Shown piece by piece: positions 11,152-20,930 of a DNA stretch of 64,000 nucleotides. The notes under the pieces are model-generated. The model made no database searches. It saw nothing but the letters and a program-made list of their open reading frames with translations, and was not told the DNA's origin. The position numbers and the translations under genes were made by a program. The first letter of the stretch is position 1; each line of letters opens with the position of its first letter. The stretch is from Porphyridium purpureum (taxonomy: Eukaryota), in contig VRMN01000008.1 in the NCBI GenBank assembly GCA_008690995.1, positions 1 to 64,000 of the forward strand, in the 5' to 3' direction.

Positions 11152-14025
11152 TCAGTACGTACTCGCGCGGCCAAGCGCAATAATCATGGCCTCAAGTGAT
11201 TTCGTGAACTCGGTGTTCTCAATCAAACTTCGAATGCTGTGGGGCATGCGGTACCGCCAGCACCCGTCCTTCTCGCCCGGTCGATTGATGGCGTCCTTGA
11301 GCGGGTCCTTTGTGCGCAGCGCTGGTTCCATGTCCATCAAGTCCTGGATGGGGAAGATGGCCCACATCGACGAGCTCTTCAGGTGCTGCTCGACGACCTT
11401 GCGCGAAACCCAGCTCTCGCACTGAGCGGGCGGGTTTGACCCAAAAAAGGTACGGTAAAACTCTTCACAACGCCCGCGGTCCTCGGTCCACCATCCCCGT
11501 ACGGTAGAGCAGTCGTGACACGAAGGCGTTGCGATGGTGAGATACGAGTAACGCGCAGGGTCGCCAAAGCTTCCGTCCTTTGGCCAGCGCTGAATGCGCA
11601 GGCCCAAAATCCCGAGCTCGTCCAGAACCTCGTATGCCTCGGGTGGAACAGCGCCAAGATCTTCTGCGCACACCATCATCTTGGCTGCGTCTTGCAAAGC
11701 ACCCAGCCGCGTTTCACCTTCCTTGCGCCAGTTCTGCCGCTCCCAGAAGAAGTTGTGCCACAACCCAGCGAGTCGGTCTTTGGCCTCTTGCGGCCCAAAA
11801 TGGTGGTACGACGACGTGTGATACATGTGGCAGGTCAGATAAAATTCCGTCTTTGGATTCTTCTCTGAAGGAATTGCAATCACATTATCCACCAGACCCC
11901 AAAGCTCATTTCTCCAGTGCTGATTGCGCTTCCCTTCCTCTGTGCGCTCAGGCGGCAGACTGCTCACGGGCAGTGCTTCGCCTATGGCCGCGACCGTGCT
12001 GAACTCTGGCTTAAAATGAAACACGCCAGATCCAGCGTCAACCATGAACATTTTGGCAACCTCAGCCGCCTCGTTGCCAAACGCCTTCTCCAGCATCCAC
12101 CAACGAATATAGGGCTTGGTTATGCGATCCATATCGTGAACACCACAACTGTGAAGCTCCGAAATGTGCACAGGCTTGCAAGGCTCCAGATGACCCAGCA
12201 TGCCTGTCCAATTGTGCGCCGGAATGGCCCATATTCGGAAGAAACCTAGAACGTGATCAATGCGGAACGCCTGGAAATACTGCGCCATGTGGCTGAGTCG
12301 TTTACGCCACCAGGAATACTTGTCCTCTGCCATGGCGTCCCAGTCATACAGCGGAAAGTCCCAGTTCTGCGCGCTGCCCATGAATGCAGGCGCGCCGGCC
12401 GACCAATCCATCAAAAAGTTCTTTGGGTTTGTCCACGTGTCTGCCGAGTAACGCGCAACACCAATTGGAAGGTCGCCCTTGATTGAGATCCCGCGGTCGC
12501 GCGCATAGTCCGAAGCGCGTTTGAGCTGAAGATGCAGATGATACTGCACAAAATAGTGCAAGCAAATCTTGTCATACAACGATGACTTTTCTTCAATCAG
12601 TTCCGGCACGTCCTTGACTGTTTTTGACCACTTGGTGAAATTCCACTCGCCTGTCTGATCCAGCAGAGCCTTCCAAGTTGCATACGCCGGCAGCCAGTCC
12701 ATATTTTTGCTCCACCAGTTTCGAAAGTCCGCAGAGCGCGCCGTTTCTTGCCATGTGTCACGATAAATGCGATGCAAAAGCAAAAGCTTTGTTCGAATCA
12801 CGTCAGTATACTCGACCTCTGGCGCCTGGTTGAGTGTTTGCACGGCTGCTTCAATTTCGGTCACGAGTTCCGGAGGCACGCTACTGAGGTCCGGCTTGTC
12901 CAGATGAGCGAAGCGGTGCACATTGGAAGCGGAGCGCTTCAGCGATCCACCGGTTGGTCCGCCACTGTACGCAACTATCGCTGTCTCAAGAATGCGCATA
13001 TAGATTGGGTGAAGGGCAAACACGGAATTCGCCGAGTATGGGGAAGGGTCGTCACCCGTGTCATTGACTGGGAGGACCTGGATGATCTTGTTGCCTGTGA
13101 GGACGCACCAATCTACCATTTCCTGCAGGTCGAGGAACTCACCGACGCCCATGGAGCGCTCGGAACGCAATGAGAAGACCGGTACTGCGATGCCGGAACC
13201 CTTCCAAGGATGCGCGTACTCGAATGTCTCGTCAATATTGAGACAATTTGTCTTTGGATTCCGAGGCGGCGTCATGTGGCGCGCTGTGCCTCGCTCACGG
13301 AACACGAGCTCGTCCTTTTCGTCGAACACGGCGTACTTGTACTCAAAGTCCATTTCCTCCCGAGGAAAGTACAAAACGCAGCCGTACAGGTGCTGGCCCA
13401 AATTGAGCATGTGTATTTTGAGGTCTGGATTCCAATTACCGACAACGTCGTGCCCTCCTGTGATGTGGACGGTATGCCCATGCATGAGCCGCGGCACGAG
13501 CACCACGAATCGCACCGCGACCACGCCTTCCGGAAATGCACCGCGTTGGCGCCAATGGTTGCCGAGCGACTTGTCCCCGAGCATCGAGTCCATCTTGGGA
13601 ATACCGTGCGGACCGAAAATGGCATCTGTGAAGCATGTGGTTACAAATACATTGGTGTCCGGCGCGCGGAACGAGTCGTGAGACTCGAGCACGTCGCCGT
13701 CCTGCAATCCCTGCAGCGAGGCGTACCGAATTGTCTGCACGGCCTCGTACCGTTTCTTGTGCGGCCACACGACGACGTACTTGTACACGAGCCGGTCATT
13801 GGGCTGCGCGAGAGCGAGCGAAATTTCGGTGGAGCCCTCCCAATACCCTCCCTCCTTGAAGTGCAGCTTGAGCGCCTGGTCTACATCATTCTTCCCGAAC
13901 GCCGGGTGTGGGCCCACGGCGACCAGCGAACTCCCAAACTCTGCATAATAATGAATGCGGAGAATCACGGTCACCTTACCTTGTTGTCCCTTCTGTCCCA
14001 TCAGACCGCGGATCGCTCCAATCAT
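11152..14025 (-). CDS. DPE2: 4-alpha-glucanotransferase DPE2 (CBM20 x2 + GH77)
   Basis: Two N-terminal CBM20-like segments, then GH77 motifs: WKGSGIAVPVFSLRS, IQVLPVNDT, SPYSANSVFALHPIY, KGDLPIGV, FRIDHVLGFFRIW, CAEDLG, IFPIQDL. ATG at 14025. Confidence 0.95.
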   Translation of the reverse strand: MIGAIRGLMGQKGQQGKVTVILRIHYYAEFGSSLVAVGPHPAFGKNDVDQALKLHFKEGGYWEGSTEISLALAQPNDRLVYKYVVVWPHKKRYEAVQTIRYASLQGLQDGDVLESHDSFRAPDTNVFVTTCFTDAIFGPHGIPKMDSMLGDKSLGNHWRQRGAFPEGVVAVRFVVLVPRLMHGHTVHITGGHDVVGNWNPDLKIHMLNLGQHLYGCVLYFPREEMDFEYKYAVFDEKDELVFRERGTARHMTPPRNPKTNCLNIDETFEYAHPWKGSGIAVPVFSLRSERSMGVGEFLDLQEMVDWCVLTGNKIIQVLPVNDTGDDPSPYSANSVFALHPIYMRILETAIVAYSGGPTGGSLKRSASNVHRFAHLDKPDLSSVPPELVTEIEAAVQTLNQAPEVEYTDVIRTKLLLLHRIYRDTWQETARSADFRNWWSKNMDWLPAYATWKALLDQTGEWNFTKWSKTVKDVPELIEEKSSLYDKICLHYFVQYHLHLQLKRASDYARDRGISIKGDLPIGVARYSADTWTNPKNFLMDWSAGAPAFMGSAQNWDFPLYDWDAMAEDKYSWWRKRLSHMAQYFQAFRIDHVLGFFRIWAIPAHNWTGMLGHLEPCKPVHISELHSCGVHDMDRITKPYIRWWMLEKAFGNEAAEVAKMFMVDAGSGVFHFKPEFSTVAAIGEALPVSSLPPERTEEGKRNQHWRNELWGLVDNVIAIPSEKNPKTEFYLTCHMYHTSSYHHFGPQEAKDRLAGLWHNFFWERQNWRKEGETRLGALQDAAKMMVCAEDLGAVPPEAYEVLDELGILGLRIQRWPKDGSFGDPARYSYLTIATPSCHDCSTVRGWWTEDRGRCEEFYRTFFGSNPPAQCESWVSRKVVEQHLKSSSMWAIFPIQDLMDMEPALRTKDPLKDAINRPGEKDGCWRYRMPHSIRSLIENTEFTKSLEAMIIALGRASTY

Positions 14026-14921
14026 CCGGGGCACCCCTTCTCAGTACCCGTGTCACACACAAAATCACAAACACACACCTTGTCGCCGTACCCTACCTCA
14101 GCGCTCCACTCGTGCTACTCCCCTCCCCTCCCTCCCAAACTCCCACTCGCTTCCCGCTTCTCCTCTTCCGGCTCGTTCGCTCTTCTGTTCAAACCCGCCT
14201 CCCTCCTCACATCAAGCCCCACCTTGGTTTTCCCCTTTGACCAACAAACCGCACTCAAAAAGTACAGCAGCGTCCCTTATCAACCACCTCGCCTCATAAC
14301 AAAACCGCTCTGTTTCTGTATCAAAGTCGATCCGGTCGCACAGTTTGGGCATCGAGCGGATCATGCCTCAGAGGGGTGTACAGTGCGTCGTTTTGACCTA
14401 ATCCAGTTGCTGGTTTGTTTTTTTTTCACAGGAAGTGCACAGAATGGAGTGACACAAAGATCGCGCGGTGTTCGGAATGCGGAATGTCTTTTGCATGCCG
14501 CATTGCAGAGACTCCGTGTACTTTTGTGTACTGTTCGTTTTGTGCTTGTATGTTTTTTGAGCTCAGTTTGTGATGTTGGTTACACGCGCTTCCTTCCGTG
14601 CGCCGCAATAAGCGCGTGTGTGGGTGTGAGCTCGTGCGCGCGGCCATGTCGGCTGCGGAGGTGATGCCGCGGTTGATACACACAGACAGGCACGAGATAT
14701 CGCAACGCAGTCACCGCGACGACGTCGACGACGACGACGACAGCGAGGTAGAGGCTTACCGGTCGCGAGTTGGTGACTGGTTCTGCGCTGAAGGGCAAGT
14801 GACGTGTGTGGGTGGGTCCACTTGTCTCTGTGAGATTGGGAGGTGGGGGTGCAGCAGAAACGTGGGGCAAGGGGATTATTCTGTGTGAGCGAGATATTTG
14901 GAAGGAGAGCGATCAGAGAAG

Positions 14922-16145
14922 ATGAAGACGCCAGTTGGGTTTGTGGGCGTGAGCTCTGGTGCGTGCGTCCGCCCGGTGGTTCGCTCGGCGCAAGGTCCAA
15001 GTCAGAATGGCGCCGTGCGTGTCGGCGTGGCCGCCGGTCGGACGTGCAGAAAGGCGGCGGTGCGGGACCTTGCGATGACAATGTCGTCGCCCGCCTCGTC
15101 TGCGGGGAAGCACGCCGACGCGCAGCCAGACGCGAGCAAGAAATCTGCCGCATTCTTCAGCAACCACACCTACTTGGCTCCGCATGAGGTGCCAGAGCTG
15201 CTTGCGAGTGGCTCGGAAGACGCGCAGAGCATGCGCGTGCGCTTCGAGCGTATGATCCGCACCGCGCAGGACGAGATCTGCGCCGCCATTGAAAAGCTCG
15301 ACGGCAAGGCCAAGTTCCGCCAAGACGCGTGGTCGCGCAGCGGCGGCGGCGGCGGAATCGCGCGCGTACTCACCGATGGCGCCGTGTTCGAAAAAGCAGG
15401 AGTCAACGTAAGCGTCGTGTACGGCGTCATGCCGCCAGAGGCCATCAAGGCCGCGACCGAACGTGGCGTTGCGCGCGATGCAGGCTTCAAGGAGGGTGAA
15501 CCAGTGCCCTATTTCGCGTGCGGCATTTCGTCTGTGATGCACCCGCGCAACCCGATGGCGCCGACGGTCCACTTTAATTATCGCTACTTTGAGACCGACG
15601 GCGGAGTGTGGTGGTTTGGCGGTGGAACTGATCTCACGCCGTCGTATTTGTTCGAGGACGATATCAAACATTTCCACGGAACGTACAAGAAGGTGTGCGA
15701 CAAGCATGATCCGGAGCTCTTCCCCAAGTTCAAGGCATGGTGCGACCGATACTTCACCATCACGCATCGCGGTGAAATGCGCGGCATGGGCGGGATTTTC
15801 TTCGACGACTTCAACGACCGCAGCCCGGAGCAGCACCTGGCGTTCTCAACCGACGCTTGCAACGCGTTTCTGGACGCGTATGTTCCCATCGTGCAGCGCC
15901 GCAAGGACTTGGAGTACTCGCCAAAGCAGAAAGAGTGGCAGCAAATACGCCGTGGCCGTTACGTCGAATTCAATCTGGTGTACGATCGCGGTACTATTTT
16001 CGGGCTCAAGACCGGTGGGCGCATTGAATCGATTCTCATGTCGCTCCCCGAAACTGCGCGATGGGAGTACGACCACCATCCCGAGGAGGGCTCGTGGGAA
16101 GCCAAGACGCTCGAGTGCATGAAAAACCCGGTCGACTGGGTGTAG
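14922..16145 (+). CDS. hemF: Oxygen-dependent coproporphyrinogen III oxidase, probably plastid-targeted
   Basis: [65 protein letters not shown]-terminus MKTPVGFVG is transit-peptide-like. Confidence 0.97.
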   Translation: MKTPVGFVGVSSGACVRPVVRSAQGPSQNGAVRVGVAAGRTCRKAAVRDLAMTMSSPASSAGKHADAQPDASKKSAAFFSNHTYLAPHEVPELLASGSEDAQSMRVRFERMIRTAQDEICAAIEKLDGKAKFRQDAWSRSGGGGGIARVLTDGAVFEKAGVNVSVVYGVMPPEAIKAATERGVARDAGFKEGEPVPYFACGISSVMHPRNPMAPTVHFNYRYFETDGGVWWFGGGTDLTPSYLFEDDIKHFHGTYKKVCDKHDPELFPKFKAWCDRYFTITHRGEMRGMGGIFFDDFNDRSPEQHLAFSTDACNAFLDAYVPIVQRRKDLEYSPKQKEWQQIRRGRYVEFNLVYDRGTIFGLKTGGRIESILMSLPETARWEYDHHPEEGSWEAKTLECMKNPVDWV

Positions 16146-16371
16146 ATTCACAAAGTTACTTAATCTTGAGCTCCCTATTTTTCCTTTGTTGGCCTGACGT
16201 TCCGGCAACACCTCCAACTGTGTAGCAATCGGAGTTGCGAGACTTGCGGCCTGCTTTTCTCTGCCGGAGCTGGAAAGGCCAGCTATCTATCGGTTCCTTC
16301 TACATCATCACGGTCTAGTCCCAAAAATTTCCTTTTGGAGAACATTTAAAGCAGCACGCCCAGCAATCGCA

Positions 16372-17190
16372 ATGGGCGACAGTGTGTCCTACGAAACCGC
16401 CGAATTTTACCCGCCCAGCGAGGACACAGACCTCCTCATCGACGCGCTGCGTGCTGATCTTGCACGCCTGCGCGCCACTTGCCGTGCTCGGCCCGTGGGC
16501 GCGAGCGTGATCGTAGAACTTGGAAGCGGTTCGGGCGCTGTGCTGCATGCGTTGGCGTGTACCCAGCGCACCTGCGGCGCTCCACCGGACGAGTGTCGAG
16601 CGCGCCTGCTCGACGATGAGTTGACGCAGTGCCGCCCCTTGTTTTTCGCCACAGATGTCAATTCGGCCGCCATGGCGAAGCTCCGCGAGATGCAGTGTCG
16701 CTGCCAGCTCACTGACGTAGAGCTTGTGCAGGCTGACCTGCTCGAGTTCTGGGCAGCGCCCCAGTCTGCGGTTGCAAGCGCAGGCGCAGGTTCTGCATCG
16801 TGTGTCTCACTTGAACGTCATGTGCAACTTGATGTGCTGGTCTTCAATCCGCCCTACGTGGCAACAGACCAGCAGGAGTTTGCTCATGCACTGGAGCAGC
16901 GCGACATCTATGCATCATGGGCTGGTGGCGAGAACGGTGCGCAGGTGATCCTGCGCTTCGTCCAACAAATCGCGAACGTTATGGCTGACGGCGGGCTTGT
17001 GTACTTGCTGATGCTCGATGTGAATCGGCCGCTGCAAATTGCAGAACTCATGAAGGCGAATGGCTTCCAAGGTGAGTGCATTGAGACGCGCACGACAGGC
17101 ATCGAGAGGTTGAGTGTGTGGCGTTTTACGTACTCGAGCGTGGAATCCAACGCTTCACACTTCACGCGAGAAATTCTACGATCGCGTTGA
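16372..17190 (+). CDS. N6AMT1: HemK2/N6AMT1 (MTQ2) eRF1 glutamine methyltransferase
   Basis: YPPSEDTDLLIDAL, ELGSGSG (SAM motif I), FNPPYV, SWAGGENG. Confidence 0.9.
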   Translation: MGDSVSYETAEFYPPSEDTDLLIDALRADLARLRATCRARPVGASVIVELGSGSGAVLHALACTQRTCGAPPDECRARLLDDELTQCRPLFFATDVNSAAMAKLREMQCRCQLTDVELVQADLLEFWAAPQSAVASAGAGSASCVSLERHVQLDVLVFNPPYVATDQQEFAHALEQRDIYASWAGGENGAQVILRFVQQIANVMADGGLVYLLMLDVNRPLQIAELMKANGFQGECIETRTTGIERLSVWRFTYSSVESNASHFTREILRSR

Positions 17191-17248
17191 TCTGCGGCGG
17201 TGAAAGTGTACTTCCGCAAAGCTTTTACCATGTCGAGTCTCCTATCGG

Positions 17249-18352
17249 TCAAGGTCTACTGCTCGAGTCCGGCGATTCTGGCGAGTCTCGCGAGTCCGAC
17301 ATGGCATTCACTTGTGGTACACTGTCCACGGTGTCGTCGACTGTCATAGACCCTTGCACTGTCATACGGATGATCTGAGACGGCTCCAGGCGGAGTTTGT
17401 CTTCATTTAAATCAGAGAGCCTCTGCAGAGCATCAACAGCACCGAGACCAAGCGGCGCCATGTCACCAGTCTTCTGGAAGACAAACGTTGTGTACAAATA
17501 AATTGCGTCCCACTCGTCGCAAGGAAAACTGCGGTCATGGCCTAGAACCTTGTTCCGCTCAAAACTTTTCATAGAGGCGTCGACAGTTTGCTGATCCACC
17601 CAAAATTGGTGAAGGTTCTTTGCCTCGATTAGCTTGAGGCCGTATTCCTCGGCAATGCGGGCGAATGCTGGCATGTGGACAACAAACTCTGGGCAATCTT
17701 CAACTTGTTCATCCAACGTGAAGAAATACTTGTGCCCAAACGGCTGATCCTTCCGAAAGCACTTTCTCGCATTTTCATCGGTAAAACGGACCGCGTATAC
17801 CGGATTTCCAAATGTCAGATGTTGCACCGCGTATAGTTTGCGGAGCAGTACATTCGAGTCTGTGGTCGTGCCCAGAAAGTACCCGCCCTTTTTGAGTCGA
17901 GCAGTCGCATTTGTCAGCATTTGGCGTACGCGTGCCTCATTCTCAAACGCATAGTGGATTGCAAACTGGCAGCTCACGAGATCAAAGGTCAGCCCCGGCT
18001 CAAGATACGAGTCCAAATCCACCGCAAAGCAATCACCCCACAATAGCGAGCACGTAAACTTTGGCCCCGTTATCTCGCTATATCTGCCCACTGCTTGTTG
18101 TAGAGACACCAACGCCGTGTCGCAGCCGACATAGTGCAGCGCCATTGCGCGTTGCCATTTGAGCAAGTCGCCGCCCTTGCCACACGCAAAGTCCAGCACC
18201 GTGTAGCCCGGTCGCGAGTATTGCTGGATTAACACGTCCTTCACCCAATTGTTAAATTTCCGCAGCCGGATGATCCGCGATTCACGCCGCTCCCTCAGCC
18301 CGCGCTGCTCCACGCGATTATAGTGCTCTGCCACTCGCTCGTTATCTCCCAT
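17249..18352 (-). CDS. RNMT: mRNA cap guanine-N7 methyltransferase
   Basis: VAEHYN, SRIIRLRKFNNWVK, VLDFACGKGGDLLKW, FDLVSCQFAIHYAFE, LYTTFVFQK. ATG at 18352. Confidence 0.95.
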   Translation of the reverse strand: MGDNERVAEHYNRVEQRGLRERRESRIIRLRKFNNWVKDVLIQQYSRPGYTVLDFACGKGGDLLKWQRAMALHYVGCDTALVSLQQAVGRYSEITGPKFTCSLLWGDCFAVDLDSYLEPGLTFDLVSCQFAIHYAFENEARVRQMLTNATARLKKGGYFLGTTTDSNVLLRKLYAVQHLTFGNPVYAVRFTDENARKCFRKDQPFGHKYFFTLDEQVEDCPEFVVHMPAFARIAEEYGLKLIEAKNLHQFWVDQQTVDASMKSFERNKVLGHDRSFPCDEWDAIYLYTTFVFQKTGDMAPLGLGAVDALQRLSDLNEDKLRLEPSQIIRMTVQGSMTVDDTVDSVPQVNAMSDSRDSPESPDSSSRP

Positions 18353-18490
18353 CGCAACCAATACTCGCGTTTCAACGCTGCCAACTTGCGCCAGCACGCT
18401 CGAGTTCTCCACGACTTCAAACCCTTTGAGGGCAGGGCGGAGTTGTCGAAGGGGTAGAAGTGTGTGTCTGTGCCTGAGTTGCGTGAGACG

Positions 18491-20689
18491 ATGGGGTCAC
18501 CCATAGACGGCGCAATGCGTGCCGCGACGCTTGAGAATATTCTGAACAAGGAAACGCTACGGTGGATTTTCGTCGGAGGGAAGGGCGGGGTCGGCAAGAC
18601 GACGACGTCGTGCTCGCTGGCATATGCCCTCGCAGTTTCAAAGGGGCGCAAGACGTTGTTGATCTCCACCGACCCTGCACACAATGTGTCTGACGCATTT
18701 GCGCAGCGCATGGGCACAACACCTACGCCGGTGGCAGGTGTACCGGGCCTGAGTGCTATGGAGGTGGAGATTGATCGCGCCGGGACTCGTAGCGCGGCTG
18801 CAGGGCTCATGAATGGCAACGCAAATGGCGGCGCGGCGTCTAGTATGACTGCTTCCACATGGTCAGACGTGTCGGACACTCAGAGGCAGCAGATGATGGC
18901 AATCTTGCCCCCAGAGCTGCAGCAGCTGCTCGGTGCAGGCGACCAGGGCGCCGTGTCTATGATGAACCAGTTACTGGACATGGTGCCTGGCATAGACGAG
19001 GCGTTGGCCTTTGCCGGCCTTATGCAGAGTGTGCTCAAGATGGACTTTGAGCGCTTTTTGTTCGACACTGCACCTACTGGCCACACGTTACGCCTACTCG
19101 CTTTCCCGTCGCTTCTTCAGAAGGCTGTCAGAAAGCTGCGCAGTCTGCACGACCAGTACGGACCGATGATGTCGTCTCTTTCGGCGCTTGCTGGTGGAGG
19201 TGCAGGCGGAGCGTCGGGGATACCAAGTATGCAGGAAACGCTCGCATCACGGCTGAATGAGATCTCCGCGCTTGTGGACGAAGTTGTGGGCCAGTTTCGC
19301 GATCCGCAGAAGACCACTTTTGTGGCCGTGGCAATTCCAGAGTATCTCTCTGTTTTTGAAACGGAGCGCATGATTCGGCAGCTCGGCAAGCTCGGTATTG
19401 ATGTGAAGAACATCGTGCTGAATCAGATCCTGGGCGAGTCGATGGAGCTCGTAGCCTCCCGCACAGCGAACGACGCGCGGCAGCGTGATCTGCAGCTCAT
19501 GGCGCTGTGTGACGCCCGCGTTGCTATACAGCAGAAGTACGTCTCGCAGTTGCTCGAATTGTATGGCGAAGACTTTCACGTGACGCAGGTGCCCATTTTC
19601 GACAACGAGGTGCGTGGGATTACGAGCTTACGCGAGTTTGGTACCTGCCTGATGACCGGCGGCACGAATGTGCCGTCTCCAGATGACATCATGTTCGAGC
19701 CATCGCTGCATAACCTTGTCGAGCAAGAGTCACTGCGGTGGATTTTTGTTGGTGGCAAGGGCGGAGTTGGCAAGACCACGACCAGTTGCAGCCTGGCGGT
19801 TGCTCTGCACGATCAGCTGGAGGAAACGCAGGGCAAGGTGCTGATTATCTCAACAGATCCCGCGCACAACCTATCGGACGCCTTTGCGGAAGAAATCGCA
19901 GTGGGTGCGACGCCCAAAAAATTGTCTGGCCTGGACCGACTGTACGCCCTCGAAATCGAAGCCGGGGAGTCGGCTGCCATGCTGATGGCCCAGGTGCTCC
20001 CGCCCCAGCTCGTCGGTGAGGACACGGTGCGTGAAATTGCATCTTCTGTTCCGGGCATTGACGAAGCCATTGCGTTTGCTCATATGCTGCAGTTGGTGGC
20101 AGACATGGAATTCGCGAAGATTGTCTTTGATACTGCGCCGACTGGACATACGCTTCGATTATTGCAGTTCCCGGCCCTGCTCGAACAGGCACTAGACAAG
20201 CTGGAGAGTCTGCGCGCCGCTATGGAGCCTATGGGTCCGATGATAGCCATGATGGCCGGGTCGATGGGAGGTGCGCCCCCGGGCCAGAACGGTGCTGCGT
20301 CTATTGATTTTGCCAGTTCTAAGATCCGCGAGCTCAAGTCCACGGTGGAAGATGTTAGCCGCCAGCTAAGCGATCCGGATAGATGCACCTTCGTGGCAGT
20401 ATCCATCGCCGAACTGCTGTCGGTTTATGAAACTGAGCGCCTGATCCAGCAGCTTGCCGAGCTGGATCTGGATATTCGCAACGTTGTTGTAAATCAATTG
20501 ATGGTCGCCAGAAAAACAGAAGACAAAATCCCATTGCTTGAGACGCGCGCAAAGATGCAGGCCAAGTATTTGCACCAAGTGGACGAATTGTATCCGGGCT
20601 CAGATTTTCACGTTACGCGGGTGCCACTGTTGCCACTCGAAGTGCGTGGTCCAGATCAGATCAAGGAGTTTGCGAAACTGTTGTCCTAA
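18491..20689 (+). CDS. GET3: Tandem (two-domain) GET3/ArsA ATPase
   Basis: Two complete repeats, each with LRWIFVGGKGGVGKTT, ISTDPAHN, PGIDEA, FDTAPTGHTLRLL and ETER(M/L)I. ATG at 18491. Confidence 0.93.
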   Translation: MGSPIDGAMRAATLENILNKETLRWIFVGGKGGVGKTTTSCSLAYALAVSKGRKTLLISTDPAHNVSDAFAQRMGTTPTPVAGVPGLSAMEVEIDRAGTRSAAAGLMNGNANGGAASSMTASTWSDVSDTQRQQMMAILPPELQQLLGAGDQGAVSMMNQLLDMVPGIDEALAFAGLMQSVLKMDFERFLFDTAPTGHTLRLLAFPSLLQKAVRKLRSLHDQYGPMMSSLSALAGGGAGGASGIPSMQETLASRLNEISALVDEVVGQFRDPQKTTFVAVAIPEYLSVFETERMIRQLGKLGIDVKNIVLNQILGESMELVASRTANDARQRDLQLMALCDARVAIQQKYVSQLLELYGEDFHVTQVPIFDNEVRGITSLREFGTCLMTGGTNVPSPDDIMFEPSLHNLVEQESLRWIFVGGKGGVGKTTTSCSLAVALHDQLEETQGKVLIISTDPAHNLSDAFAEEIAVGATPKKLSGLDRLYALEIEAGESAAMLMAQVLPPQLVGEDTVREIASSVPGIDEAIAFAHMLQLVADMEFAKIVFDTAPTGHTLRLLQFPALLEQALDKLESLRAAMEPMGPMIAMMAGSMGGAPPGQNGAASIDFASSKIRELKSTVEDVSRQLSDPDRCTFVAVSIAELLSVYETERLIQQLAELDLDIRNVVVNQLMVARKTEDKIPLLETRAKMQAKYLHQVDELYPGSDFHVTRVPLLPLEVRGPDQIKEFAKLLS

Positions 20690-20930
20690 GTTTTGCACGC
20701 ACACAAAACCGCGTGAGCGGACCATTGTAGTGGAAGACGTTCTGCAATAAACAAAGTTGACTTTACACCGTCCTTCGTCGAGATGGGTTACAGGGTTCAT
20801 AATAGAGTCTGTGAGGCAGAAACGTGCCTTCAAGGCAGCTTGATTTTGATCGTCCAACTTTTGCTCAAAGCCGCTCGTTGCAGGACTATTCGGCCTCGCC
20901 GGCTCTTTCGGTGACGTTCGACGACACGCA

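Noticed and set aside
13210..14664. Long antisense ORFs (also 14913-15836, 25314-26348, 38577-39554, 46075-47091)
   Set aside because: Shadow frames of real GC-rich genes.
14922..17190. hemF next to a HemK-family gene as a heme cluster
   Set aside because: HemK2/N6AMT1 is a protein methyltransferase, not a porphyrin enzyme. The adjacency is likely coincidental.
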